Positions 18,926-28,867 of a DNA stretch of 64,000 nucleotides are shown one piece after another. Positions within the stretch are counted from its first letter, which is position 1. Each line of letters begins with the position of its first letter. The translations under genes and the position numbers were made by a program. The notes under the pieces are model-generated. The model did not search any database, was not told where the DNA came from, and saw only the letters and a list, made by a program, of their open reading frames with translations. This DNA is from Minisyncoccota bacterium (GTDB lineage Bacteria; Patescibacteriota; Minisyncoccia; Phycocordibacterales; PALSA-1337): NCBI GenBank assembly GCA_041663145.1, contig JBAZRG010000002.1, positions 94,618 through 158,617 on the forward strand. The letters are read 5' to 3'.

Positions 18926-20803
18926 ATGCAAAAACCATCACTCTGCTCAGTGGCAATATTTGTTGGTACGAGTTTGTTTCTAGTAGCACCATTTGTTCTC
19001 AGTAGTTATTTATCAGAACACCTCATTCTGATTTCAATAATATTTGGACTTTTCGGATTACTTTTGACACTGCATTTCAAAAAGTCTATCCAAAAGACTT
19101 TGTCAAATAAACTAGCGTTTGTGTTTCTGATTTGTTTGCTAGTTTTAATTCCATTTTCAATCACAAAACTATCTTCAGTCACTCATTTATTTTGGTGGTT
19201 ATCATATATAGCTGTATTTTTGTCGGCACAATGTCTCGTTTTTGATAAAAAACTATTGCAAATAGGATCAAAATTATTTGTGGCAATTACCGCTGTATAC
19301 GCAGTCATCATGTCATACCAGTTTATATTGTCTGGCCTTAGTTCGTATACACGACTGGTCGGATTGTCCGCTGGACACAATATATATGGTGGGTTTCTTA
19401 TTTTGCCTTTTTTCTTGAGTATTTATTTAGCAATTGTGGAAGAAGAGCGATGGAAGAAAATATCCTGGATCATTGCCGGAGCAATCATCTTTTCCAATAT
19501 CATCCTGACTTTTTCCAGAGGGACATGGCTTTCCATTATTATAGGAATAATTGTTTTTGCTGTCATATTTCGTGAGAAATTTCTATGGCACGATGTTTTG
19601 AACTCTTGGAAGACATACGTCTCTATATTAGTCTTGGCAGGAATGATCACAGGTGGTCAATGGGTTATGGCTAGAAACAACACATCAAAGATTGACTCCA
19701 GACGTCTGGCAGAAGTAGAGATATTTTCCAATGAAGATGCTGATAGCAATGCCTTTACTGCCAGATTGTTCTATTTCAAAGATGCACTCAATACTTTCAT
19801 TGAACGTCCCATATTTGGTTTTGGTGGGGGATCGTATCAGTTTGCTCTACGCATGAATAAGCAAGATCCGAATTATGGTTCATTCGCCGACCCACACAAT
19901 TGGTTTTTGCGCATGCTAGTGGAGAATGGAATATTGGCAACGATTATATTTATAGGATTTTTATTCTCTTTGTTTTGGGGTATTGGCAAATCTATTTTGC
20001 GTACGGAAAAGACCGATAAAAAAACCAACTGGTTGAATATGGTCATATTTATCGGATTACTCTCATATCTTCTTCATGGTCTCATGGATATGGATTGGAA
20101 TTATCCGGTTCTGCTTTTGATTTTCTTTTCTTTTGCCGGCGCTTTGTATGGCAACACGCTTTCCGAGAGTGATGTGAAAGAATCCAGAAGAAAATATTTT
20201 TCACTGTGGATCAATGTCATTCTGATATTTGTAATGATTATCTCGGCCATGATTGCTGTCCAAATGTTTCGCTCTGATAGTGCCAGGAGGGACGGCGATT
20301 ATTTCTATTTTGCAAAAGAAGACAATGATTCGGCAGTGGTGAGTTATTATGATGCTATCAAGTTGAATCCCTACAATTCGGCTCCTTGGTACAGTCTTTG
20401 GAATGTCTATATGGGTGAGAACAAGTTCAATTATGCAGAGACGGCTATAGGGAAGGCCATATCTCTATTTCCGACAAATGGTACATATTACGGCGCTTTG
20501 GCGACAAGCTATGCTTCATCTAGTAATCCACAGGGTTACCATGATGCTTTGGTTAAATCCATAAAGTATTTTCCAGCTAACAATCTTATAAATTATGTGA
20601 AGCTCGTGCATTATGATTTTGTTCAAAAAGATTATAAAGAAGCATTGGAATATCTTGACCGAGTCATACCGATTTATACGCATTATCAAACGGTTTTATG
20701 GTACAAAAACGACCCAAACTCAGCGATGATGACTCAGAATCTCGCGACTCTGAAGGAGTACAAAACTAAGATTGAAAAAATTACAGGCAAGAAGTTGGAG
20801 TAG
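18926..20803 (+). CDS. O-antigen ligase-like (Wzy_C/PglL-type) polytopic membrane protein with C-terminal TPR region
   Basis: At least 10 predicted TM helices. NIILTFSRGTWLSIIIGII is the Wzy_C loop region. The C-terminus has TPR-like repeats (YYDAIKLNPYNSAPWYSLWNVY). I moved the start to the ATG at 18926 so that it clears the pilin terminator. Confidence 0.6.
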   Translation: MQKPSLCSVAIFVGTSLFLVAPFVLSSYLSEHLILISIIFGLFGLLLTLHFKKSIQKTLSNKLAFVFLICLLVLIPFSITKLSSVTHLFWWLSYIAVFLSAQCLVFDKKLLQIGSKLFVAITAVYAVIMSYQFILSGLSSYTRLVGLSAGHNIYGGFLILPFFLSIYLAIVEEERWKKISWIIAGAIIFSNIILTFSRGTWLSIIIGIIVFAVIFREKFLWHDVLNSWKTYVSILVLAGMITGGQWVMARNNTSKIDSRRLAEVEIFSNEDADSNAFTARLFYFKDALNTFIERPIFGFGGGSYQFALRMNKQDPNYGSFADPHNWFLRMLVENGILATIIFIGFLFSLFWGIGKSILRTEKTDKKTNWLNMVIFIGLLSYLLHGLMDMDWNYPVLLLIFFSFAGALYGNTLSESDVKESRRKYFSLWINVILIFVMIISAMIAVQMFRSDSARRDGDYFYFAKEDNDSAVVSYYDAIKLNPYNSAPWYSLWNVYMGENKFNYAETAIGKAISLFPTNGTYYGALATSYASSSNPQGYHDALVKSIKYFPANNLINYVKLVHYDFVQKDYKEALEYLDRVIPIYTHYQTVLWYKNDPNSAMMTQNLATLKEYKTKIEKITGKKLE

Positions 20804-20816
20804 GTGCTAAGAATTA

Positions 20817-20916
20817 GGAACCTTCCGGAAATAACTTCCCTCCCGTGCTCCGAGGATGGGTAGCCAGCGATTAGCGCCCGCAGGAGACGGGAGGGAAGTT
20901 ATTTCCGGAAGGTTTC
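20817..20916. repeat. long palindromic hairpin element, family B copy 1
   Basis: 30-bp near-perfect inverted repeat (GGAACCTTCCGGAAATAACTTCCCTCCCGT) around a loop containing CCGAGGATGGGTAGCCAGCGATTAGCGCCCGCAGG. It lies exactly between two convergent stop codons (20803 and 20917). Confidence 0.6.
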
Positions 20917-22224
20917 TTAGTAAGCGCCTCTTCCAAATAGTACCGCTGGAATTGTTTTTAGGATTATTACGGAGTCTAGGAGCATGCTTTGGTTGCAGAC
21001 ATAGTAGAAATCATATTCCAAATTTTCGTGGAGGGGTATGTCTTTGCGTCCCAATATCTGCCACAAACCAGTTAGACCTGGCTTGGCTTTGAGGCGGATC
21101 TGTTGCCATGGTTCGTATTTTTTGACTATAAATTCCATTTCAGGTCTCGGACCGACCAAGCTCATATCTCCTTTGAAAATATTCCAGAGTTGAGGCAATT
21201 CATCCAAACTCAGTCGACGAAGAAATCTGCCTATTTTGGTAATGCGTGGATCGGTCTCATTTTGTGGAGCATATTCATAGAGAGTTGCTGTGCAATGCAT
21301 GGTTCTAAATTTCCAGAGTGTAAATGGTCTGCCATCTGATCCGATGCGTGACTGTTGGATGAGCGCTGGACCATTGGAATCAAGTTTGATCACGGCAGTT
21401 ATGATGAGCCAGAGTGGGGTGACTATTATCATTCCTGTTCCAGCTATGACTATGTCAATGATTCTTTTTGTGTACAAGTAAACAGTATTTGGTCGAACAT
21501 TCGGAGTGATAGAAGGTATATCGTCTATGTTGTTCAAGCGTATCTCTCCGGTAACTAGCCTGAAAGTGTCAAGAATCACTCTGAAACTGTGATGCTTCAG
21601 ATTTTGATCAGCCAATATTTTCATGACTCGCTCACGTCCGAGATATTCATCAGCAATGAATATGTCATCGGAGTTTATTGTGCGTAAGTACGTAGCGGTT
21701 TGAGGATCATTGAAATCTAGCTTGATGACAGATAGATTGGGAAAAACATTTTTGATCTGTTTTTCAATATCTTTTGCTCGATCGCCAGTGCCTATGATAT
21801 GCACATTGTCATCACCATCTTTTTTACCATTCCGCCTATACCTGAAATATCCGAAACGTGTAAGAGTGATGAATATGACTGTGAACAATACAGTCAAGAA
21901 CAATACTCCGCGAGAGAAATCATATTTTATGGCATAAATGACGGCTGTTATGATAAGTGTCCAGACGACCAATGCTTTCAAGACTGTAAATATCCTAGCC
22001 GACAACTCTATATTGCGGACACGATAGAGTCTAAAGGCGGAGAAAATGATTATAAGCAGGACGGAAGCGATGATAAAGGAAAGTAAGTAGCCACCTTTGT
22101 CAAACGTAATCTTCCCAAAGTATGGATTCAGCAGGGAAGATTGGCGGAGAAAGAGGGAAAGAAGGAAGGTGAGGGTGAGGGAAATAGAATCTATGGTAAT
22201 TAGTTTTATGCGATCTATTTGCAT
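20917..22224 (-). CDS. undecaprenyl-phosphate sugar phosphotransferase (bacterial sugar transferase, WbaP/EpsB family)
   Basis: The C-terminal catalytic domain (LIQQSRIGSDGRPFTLWKFRTM ... DELPQLWNIFKGDMSLVGPRPE) is recognisable. The N-terminal 4-5 TM helices fit the family. Confidence 0.8.
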   Translation of the reverse strand: MQIDRIKLITIDSISLTLTFLLSLFLRQSSLLNPYFGKITFDKGGYLLSFIIASVLLIIIFSAFRLYRVRNIELSARIFTVLKALVVWTLIITAVIYAIKYDFSRGVLFLTVLFTVIFITLTRFGYFRYRRNGKKDGDDNVHIIGTGDRAKDIEKQIKNVFPNLSVIKLDFNDPQTATYLRTINSDDIFIADEYLGRERVMKILADQNLKHHSFRVILDTFRLVTGEIRLNNIDDIPSITPNVRPNTVYLYTKRIIDIVIAGTGMIIVTPLWLIITAVIKLDSNGPALIQQSRIGSDGRPFTLWKFRTMHCTATLYEYAPQNETDPRITKIGRFLRRLSLDELPQLWNIFKGDMSLVGPRPEMEFIVKKYEPWQQIRLKAKPGLTGLWQILGRKDIPLHENLEYDFYYVCNQSMLLDSVIILKTIPAVLFGRGAY

Positions 22225-22301
22225 AGAATTCTTTTCTGAAGAAATATGTTATATTTTTGCTAGGTTAAGAGCCTAAAACATCATCTTACTACACAAATCT
22301 C

Positions 22302-23273
22302 ATGTCTACAAAGTTCCCAAGATTATATAAGAAAAGGGCGAAAATTGCTAAAGCACTAAAGAGTCAAAGCCTCCTTTCTTTTTTTTATGTCATATTGGGA
22401 ATATTGAAAAGTCATATAGTTCAATTATTTCTTAATCTTAAATATAGCTATAAAGATACATCACTTCCGATTTTGCCTCAGATTCATCCAGTGTTTGACA
22501 GGCCGGTAACAATAATAATCCCTTTTCGTGATAACATTCATTTGCTCGAAAGATGTTTGAATAGCATTTTTGATAGGACTTCATATAATAATTTCAATTT
22601 AATTCTTATAAATAATCGGAGTGTAGAAGCAAAGACTGCGAAATATCTTTCATCTATAAAAAACGATCCACTCATTCGAATATTAGACTATGATAAATCT
22701 TTCAATTACTCCGATATGCACAATTGGGCGATGAATTTTGTTCAAACTGAAAATATATTATTACTTAATAATGATACGGAAGTTATAACTCCAAATTGGC
22801 TTGAATCACTCACCGCTTGGATAGAACAAGAGAAAGTTGGAGCGGTTGGGGCGCTCCTCTTATTTCCAAATGGGACGGTACAACATGCTGGAGTCGGCTT
22901 GTATCCCGAGATTGCATGTCATCTTTACGAAGGTGAATCGCCAAATGGAGATAATAAAAGTTCGATCAATCAATGTCGCGAGCTCTATGCTGTTACTGGT
23001 GCTTGTATGATGACAAAAAGAAATCTTTTCGAGGGAGTTCAAGGAATGGACAGCGCAAATTTGCCGGTGAATTTCAATGATGTGGATTATTGTTTGAAAC
23101 TGAGACAGAGAGGCTATAAGATTGTTTTCGAACCCTCTGTCAAACTTTATCACCATGAATCTTATACCAGAGGCAATGCGTGGACTCAGATTACGAGATA
23201 CAGATCATACAAAAAAGAGCATAGATTTTTCTGGAAGAAATGGAAAAAATATATCGGAGATATCGTTAAATGA
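22302..23273 (+). CDS. glycosyltransferase family 2
   Basis: VTIIIPFRDNIHLLERCLNSI ... LILINNRS, plus a DxD-like motif in ILLLNNDTEV. Confidence 0.7.
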   Translation: MSTKFPRLYKKRAKIAKALKSQSLLSFFYVILGILKSHIVQLFLNLKYSYKDTSLPILPQIHPVFDRPVTIIIPFRDNIHLLERCLNSIFDRTSYNNFNLILINNRSVEAKTAKYLSSIKNDPLIRILDYDKSFNYSDMHNWAMNFVQTENILLLNNDTEVITPNWLESLTAWIEQEKVGAVGALLLFPNGTVQHAGVGLYPEIACHLYEGESPNGDNKSSINQCRELYAVTGACMMTKRNLFEGVQGMDSANLPVNFNDVDYCLKLRQRGYKIVFEPSVKLYHHESYTRGNAWTQITRYRSYKKEHRFFWKKWKKYIGDIVK

Positions 23274-23286
23274 CGATTTCCGATTG

Positions 23287-24135
23287 TTATTTTCGACGTA
23301 GACGCGCTTCCTTTTTTACGCGAACAGAGAAATGATTTGCACCTATTATTAGGATTATCAAATCGATCAGATATTTGATTGGATATTCTATTATGTTCAA
23401 GTATTTATCCTGGACAAGATACGTTTCGACGGAATTCTCAAAAGCATTTTCCGGTGCCAGTGACCAATTTTGGCCATGCATAACAAAAACATCTACTAGT
23501 CGGTCAAAAAACATCCATCGTGTCTTATTCCGTATCCTTAAAAAAAAATCATAATCCATTGGACACTTTATCGATTCATCGAAATATCCGTATTGTTCGA
23601 AGACTTGTCTTTTGATGAATACGGACTGGTGATTGATGGAAGAGTGGAATTTCAACAGATATTTTCCAAGAAAACTTCTGGAGGAAAATCGGGAACATTT
23701 CGAGCGATTTGTTGTTTTAACAATTGTTCCTGATGGATTTATTCTGGTTTCTTTTCCATATATCCAATCGCAGTTATTTTGCTTCAGAAACAAATCGACA
23801 TCAGTCAAGACCTCTTTATCATGAAGACGATCGTCGGAATGAAGATGAATCAAGTATTCTCCCTTGGTCACCATGGTACCTTCATTCATGGCATTTGATA
23901 TACCTTTTGCCGGACGACTGACTAGCGATACTTTGTCAGGAAATTTATTTTTATACTCCTCTATTATTTCTATTGTTCGGTCGGTGGACTCACCATCAAC
24001 GAATATATGTTCGTAGTTACCAAATGTCTGCGAAGCGACACTGTCAATATTGTATTTTAGATATTCTTCGCTGTTTTTAGTACAGGTAATAATGGAGAAT
24101 CTAGGCTTCATATTTTGTGTTTTCAAATATAGCAT
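23287..24135 (-). CDS. glycosyltransferase family 2
   Basis: FSIITCTKNSEEYLKYNIDSVASQTFGNYEHIFVDGESTDRT is a typical GT2 N-terminus. Confidence 0.7.
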   Translation of the reverse strand: MLYLKTQNMKPRFSIITCTKNSEEYLKYNIDSVASQTFGNYEHIFVDGESTDRTIEIIEEYKNKFPDKVSLVSRPAKGISNAMNEGTMVTKGEYLIHLHSDDRLHDKEVLTDVDLFLKQNNCDWIYGKETRINPSGTIVKTTNRSKCSRFSSRSFLGKYLLKFHSSINHQSVFIKRQVFEQYGYFDESIKCPMDYDFFLRIRNKTRWMFFDRLVDVFVMHGQNWSLAPENAFENSVETYLVQDKYLNIIEYPIKYLIDLIILIIGANHFSVRVKKEARLRRK

Positions 24136-24817
24136 CGGCCTGAAGTGGTTGCAATGTTGTTGGATCTAGCAACTGTTCAATGTTACCAATGTAGTTAAAA
24201 CCCATTTTTGTGAGTTTATTGTATATATCATCAAAGAGTGGTTGACCCTCATATAGACTTTTGTAACTGACTTCAATCATGATTATCGGAGAGAGTTTGA
24301 ATGTTTCAAGACCACCATTTATCACGTTTATTTCGTATCCTTGGGTATCAATCTTGATAAAAGGTCTTTTGCATTTGTCCCTTATCTCATCGATATTGTC
24401 GAGCTTTCTTACCAATACAATCTCTTTTTGTGATTTTGCTGTAAAAGGAAAAGCTTTTTTATGCAGATCGTCCATCTTTAGTAGTGATGAAGAAGGACTG
24501 AATTCACAATGATTCATCGACATTTCTTTATTTTCATCTCCGATTGCACATTGTATAACTTTTACATTTTGTCGGTCTTTTGTTTTCGTCTGAAGTTTTT
24601 TGTAGACCTCTCTAAGAGGTTCAAAACAATATGTTTGTTTTCCAGGGAAGACTTTCATTATTTTTTCAAGAAACTGACCCTCGTTTGCTCCGATATCAAG
24701 GATTGAATCAATGGTATATTTTTTTAGCCAAGATAAATCAGAGGAACTGTCATTTGTAGTGTCTCTTACTCGAAAATGAAATATTGGTCGTAATATTTTT
24801 TTTATGATATTTTTCAT
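24101..24817 (-). CDS. FkbM family methyltransferase
   Basis: ILDIGANEGQFLEKIMKVFPGKQTYCFEP carries the SAM-binding GxGxG. Size is 238 aa. Confidence 0.65.
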   Translation of the reverse strand: MKNIIKKILRPIFHFRVRDTTNDSSSDLSWLKKYTIDSILDIGANEGQFLEKIMKVFPGKQTYCFEPLREVYKKLQTKTKDRQNVKVIQCAIGDENKEMSMNHCEFSPSSSLLKMDDLHKKAFPFTAKSQKEIVLVRKLDNIDEIRDKCKRPFIKIDTQGYEINVINGGLETFKLSPIIMIEVSYKSLYEGQPLFDDIYNKLTKMGFNYIGNIEQLLDPTTLQPLQADAIFENTKYEA

Positions 24818-24821
24818 GTCT

Positions 24822-26045
24822 TTACAGTTTTTTTGTGTCCATACGAATCAATGATGCCATGGGTCCATATATTTTACTGCCAAAAAGTTTGTCTCTAAGA
24901 TTGTTTTTACTACTGATGATGCGAAAGAATGTTTCTGCAGTATCGACAAATTCAATAGTTGGTCTCTGAAGATTGGCGTTAATCTTGTATGTACCAACAT
25001 TAAAAAAGAATGCCGGTATTGTAATATTTGAACGGAATGTGCCAGGCGTGTAATTTCTCAATTGGCCGTCAATATCTCCCTCGGAAACGTGGTATATCAC
25101 TTTTGAATCTGCATAAAAGATAATACATGGAATCACTTTGCTAAGAGATTCTTTTACTACAAATTCAAATTGAATTTGAAAAGGTGAGTCAATTGATAAT
25201 TTTGAAGATATTTTGTTGGAGTTATCAAGTAGTTTTACCGACGATATGTAAGCTTCATCTTTTGTTGTTTTATTTTGGGGAGCGGTGTACACCATCGTAT
25301 CGTTTATGTATTTTGCTACAATGTCTGTAGAATCACCCATTTCCTTTATTATTCCATTGTCCAGATATATTGTTTTTGAACAAATATTTTCAATAACATC
25401 CAGGTTGTGGCTAACAAGCAAAACAGTTCGTCCTTCTGTCTTGGACACATTTTCTATTTTCCCCAAACATTTTTTCTGAAATTCGGCATCGCCGACCGCT
25501 AGGACTTCGTCTACGATCAAGATGTCTGGTTCAAGATGGGCGGCGACGGCGAAGGCTAGGCGGACATACATGCCACTCGAGTAGTGCTTGACTGGTGTGT
25601 CTAGAAATTTCTCTATGTCAGCAAAGGCGACTATCTCATCAAATTTCTTGGCGACCTCTTTTCTGGTCATGCCTAGAATGACACCATTTAAGAAGATATT
25701 TTCTCTGCCGGTAAGCTCTGGGTGGAAGCCGGTGCCAACTTCCAAAAGGGAAGAGACACGACCAAAAAGTTTGACTTTGCCTTCGGTTGGTTTTGTTATA
25801 CCAGACAAAATCTTGAGAAGGGTTGATTTGCCAGCACCATTTTTACCTATGATGCCTATGATGTCACCTTTGTTTACGGTCAAATTTATGTCCTTAAGTG
25901 CCGAAAATGATTCGCGAGTCTTGCGTCTTCTGAATGGGTGCCTAATGAAACCCACGATAGTGTCGCGCAAAGTTCCATAACGAACCTTTTCGTGCATTAT
26001 GGGATATTTTTTTCCAAGGCCGGAAATTTCTATGATTGGTTTCAT
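24822..26045 (-). CDS. polysaccharide ABC exporter ATP-binding protein (Wzt/TagH-like, with C-terminal extension)
   Basis: Walker A (GKNGAGKSTLLK), signature (YSSGMYVRLAFA) and Walker B (ILIVDEVLAVGD). There is about 150 aa of extra C-terminal sequence. Confidence 0.8.
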   Translation of the reverse strand: MKPIIEISGLGKKYPIMHEKVRYGTLRDTIVGFIRHPFRRRKTRESFSALKDINLTVNKGDIIGIIGKNGAGKSTLLKILSGITKPTEGKVKLFGRVSSLLEVGTGFHPELTGRENIFLNGVILGMTRKEVAKKFDEIVAFADIEKFLDTPVKHYSSGMYVRLAFAVAAHLEPDILIVDEVLAVGDAEFQKKCLGKIENVSKTEGRTVLLVSHNLDVIENICSKTIYLDNGIIKEMGDSTDIVAKYINDTMVYTAPQNKTTKDEAYISSVKLLDNSNKISSKLSIDSPFQIQFEFVVKESLSKVIPCIIFYADSKVIYHVSEGDIDGQLRNYTPGTFRSNITIPAFFFNVGTYKINANLQRPTIEFVDTAETFFRIISSKNNLRDKLFGSKIYGPMASLIRMDTKKL

Positions 26046-26048
26046 GGT

Positions 26049-26897
26049 TTATATAACATCGGAAAATGCTCCTTCGGACTTGCTAAAATAATACATGCTC
26101 CAAATGAAAAGCAGTAAGGTGATGAGTAGAGATAAAATAATGGGAGTGGTTGAAAAAGGTAGAGAGAATATGGAAGAACGAAAGGCCTCTATGATTCCGG
26201 TGATGGGATTTAGGTTCAATAGAAATTGATATTTTCCCAAACTGGTTCCAGCATATATGACAGGGCTAAGGAATAGTCCAAGTTGAATGAAAAATGGAAG
26301 AGCGTATTGAACATCGCGGTATTTGACATTGAAAGCAGAGAGAAAGATGCCTATGCTAGCAGAAACTATTCCAAGTAAGAGTAGTATCGGAATTATGAGA
26401 AGTATACTGATGTTTGAAGGAAAGACATGAAAATAAATCATTAGTCCGACTAAGATGACGAGAGAAATAGCTAGGTCAATGGATTGAGTAACTATTTTTG
26501 CTAAGGGAACGATGATACGTGGAAAATATATCTTAGTGATCATCTGACTTGAGACGACTAGAGATGTGCTGGCCTCATTTATGGAATTGGAAAAGAATTG
26601 CCAAATGACAAGACCAGAATATACAAAAAGGGCATAAGGGATGACATTGTTGGTCATACCACCGAATCTGCCAAAGATAAAAACGAAAGCCAACATGGCC
26701 ACTACAGGCTGAAATATGGCCCAGGCAATGCCTATGATAGTCTGACGGTATCTGACCTTATAATCCCTCCAGGCAAGCAGATATAGAAGCTCGCGATGAT
26801 GCCAAATGTCACCAATCTCCAGAAAAGGGTCAAATCTGGTACGTGGTTCTATGACTTTGAGTGGTATTCGAGGGGCGGATGTCTCCTGCATCGCCAT
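26049..26897 (-). CDS. ABC-2 type polysaccharide exporter permease (Wzm-like)
   Basis: 6 TM helices. The ABC-2 family is inferred from its adjacency to the Wzt-like ATPase. Confidence 0.75.
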   Translation of the reverse strand: MAMQETSAPRIPLKVIEPRTRFDPFLEIGDIWHHRELLYLLAWRDYKVRYRQTIIGIAWAIFQPVVAMLAFVFIFGRFGGMTNNVIPYALFVYSGLVIWQFFSNSINEASTSLVVSSQMITKIYFPRIIVPLAKIVTQSIDLAISLVILVGLMIYFHVFPSNISILLIIPILLLLGIVSASIGIFLSAFNVKYRDVQYALPFFIQLGLFLSPVIYAGTSLGKYQFLLNLNPITGIIEAFRSSIFSLPFSTTPIILSLLITLLLFIWSMYYFSKSEGAFSDVI

Positions 26898-26972
26898 ATA
26901 TTAGCATGATATAATCGCTTTATAACAACATGAAAATTTTATGGAAACGTTAATGTGTTATGAACACAAGTA

Positions 26973-27743
26973 ATGAAATACGTGACTATTATAATTGTCA
27001 CATATAATTCCAGTCAATTTATAAATAATTGTTTAAATTTTTTGTTGTCTTCGGACGCACTTTCGATAAGTAGGATCATTGTTATAGATAATAATTCAGT
27101 GGATGGTACACAAGAATTATTGCAAAAATTCAGCAATATGTCTGAGATCACTATTATCTATAATATGAAAAATGTTGGGTATACGAAAGCATGCAATCAA
27201 GGCATAATGATGTCTTCGAGTAAATATGTCTTAATCCTCAACCCCGATATACAAGTAGGTAATGGATCAGTAAAGAGATTGTATGAATATATGGAAAGAT
27301 ATGATGTGGCAGTTGTGGGAGGAAAACTTATGTATTTTGACGGCAAGCTCCAGTACTCATGTCGTACATTTCCCAGTCCATTAACTTTTTTATATAGAGC
27401 TTTACAGATTGAAAATAATAAGACGATAAGGACACATTTGATGTACGATTTCGATCATGGGGAACCTCGTGATGTTGACTGGTTACTCGGTTCTTGTCTG
27501 ATGATTAGGCGAAAAGTTTTAGATGAAATCGGTTTTCTTGATGAGAAGTATTTTATGTATTATAGCGATGTTGAATTTTGTTGGAGAGTCCATAAAAATA
27601 ATTGGAAAGTGACATATGTACCTGACTCTGAAATGTTTCATTATTATCAGAGACAAAGTGCTAAAGGTGTACCTGGTTTTCTCGCATTATCGCACTTAAG
27701 GAGTGCTGTTAGGTTTTTTGTCAAAAGATACATTAAAGCTTAA
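26973..27743 (+). CDS. glycosyltransferase family 2
   Basis: VTIIIVTYNSSQFINNCLNFL ... VIDNNSVDGT ... LILNPD show the GT2 pattern. Confidence 0.7.
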   Translation: MKYVTIIIVTYNSSQFINNCLNFLLSSDALSISRIIVIDNNSVDGTQELLQKFSNMSEITIIYNMKNVGYTKACNQGIMMSSSKYVLILNPDIQVGNGSVKRLYEYMERYDVAVVGGKLMYFDGKLQYSCRTFPSPLTFLYRALQIENNKTIRTHLMYDFDHGEPRDVDWLLGSCLMIRRKVLDEIGFLDEKYFMYYSDVEFCWRVHKNNWKVTYVPDSEMFHYYQRQSAKGVPGFLALSHLRSAVRFFVKRYIKA

Positions 27744-27817
27744 GGCATTAATTATCAATTGTTCCAATACTTCCAAAGCGTCATTTGTTTTCATCTAAAA
27801 AATGTTAGAATAATTAA

Positions 27818-28810
27818 ATGAAGATATTCAGGTTGGTAGCATCAGTCGTCCTTGTTCTCATCATTTTCGCATCGGTTTATTTCATTTATTCAAGATTAAC
27901 AACACTATCTTCAGAATTCAGATTGGTGGAATTTCTCCGAGTAGATCCTGCTAAATCTTTTTCTGTCATTGTCCTTCCCGATACTCAGTTTTATTCGTCT
28001 CATTATCCTGGAATATTTTGTAGTCAAACACAATGGATTGTAGACTATAAGGATGATTTGAATATAGTATTTGTTTCGCACATGGGTGATATAGTGAATG
28101 ATGGGGCAAAAGAGATGAAGCAATGGAAGAATGCTTCAAAATGTCTTAGGAAGTTGGATGGAATTGTTCCTTATAGTGTCATTCCTGGCAATCATGATAC
28201 GAATATTCAGAGTGATAAATCATCTGGATTATCAATGTATGACAAATTCTTTCCGGTCTTAACATCCAAACGTAATGGTTGGTACGGTGGCAATTTTGAT
28301 GGCAATAGAAATAATTTTGAGATGATTTCTTCAAATGGTTTGAAGCTATTATTTATCAATTTGGAGATTGAGCCGACGGATGCCGTTTTGAATTGGGCAA
28401 ATGATATAGTTAGGAATAATTCCACTGTGTATACAATAGTAACAACGCATAAATATCTTGATATAGATGGAAAGAATCCTGAAAATAAGAGAGCATTTAG
28501 TATAGATGGCAATACTGGGGAAGATATTTGGAATAAATTAGTATTTGATAATTGCTCTATAGCCATGGTTTTGTCAGGACACTTTCATGGTGAGAATAAA
28601 ATTACAAAAATCAATTCGTGCGGAAATGATGTGAGTCAGATCGTTCAAGATTATCAGGCCAGAGAAAATGGTGGAAACGGCTGGTTGCGTATATACGTTT
28701 TTACACCAAATGATAAAAAGATTGATGTCTATACATATTCTCCATATTTGGGGAAAATAGAAATTGATGACAACAGTTCTTTTTCTTTAGGGATACCTGT
28801 TGATAACTAA
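27818..28810 (+). CDS. calcineurin-like metallophosphoesterase, membrane-anchored
   Basis: N-terminal TM helix. The metallophosphatase motifs are present: LPDTQFY, HMGDIVNDG, PGNHD and SGHFHGE. Confidence 0.6.
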   Translation: MKIFRLVASVVLVLIIFASVYFIYSRLTTLSSEFRLVEFLRVDPAKSFSVIVLPDTQFYSSHYPGIFCSQTQWIVDYKDDLNIVFVSHMGDIVNDGAKEMKQWKNASKCLRKLDGIVPYSVIPGNHDTNIQSDKSSGLSMYDKFFPVLTSKRNGWYGGNFDGNRNNFEMISSNGLKLLFINLEIEPTDAVLNWANDIVRNNSTVYTIVTTHKYLDIDGKNPENKRAFSIDGNTGEDIWNKLVFDNCSIAMVLSGHFHGENKITKINSCGNDVSQIVQDYQARENGGNGWLRIYVFTPNDKKIDVYTYSPYLGKIEIDDNSSFSLGIPVDN

Positions 28811-28867
28811 CATAGCGGTAAAGCCGTAAAGCGGTTATTATTGAGTCATAGTCTTATAATTTTAAAT

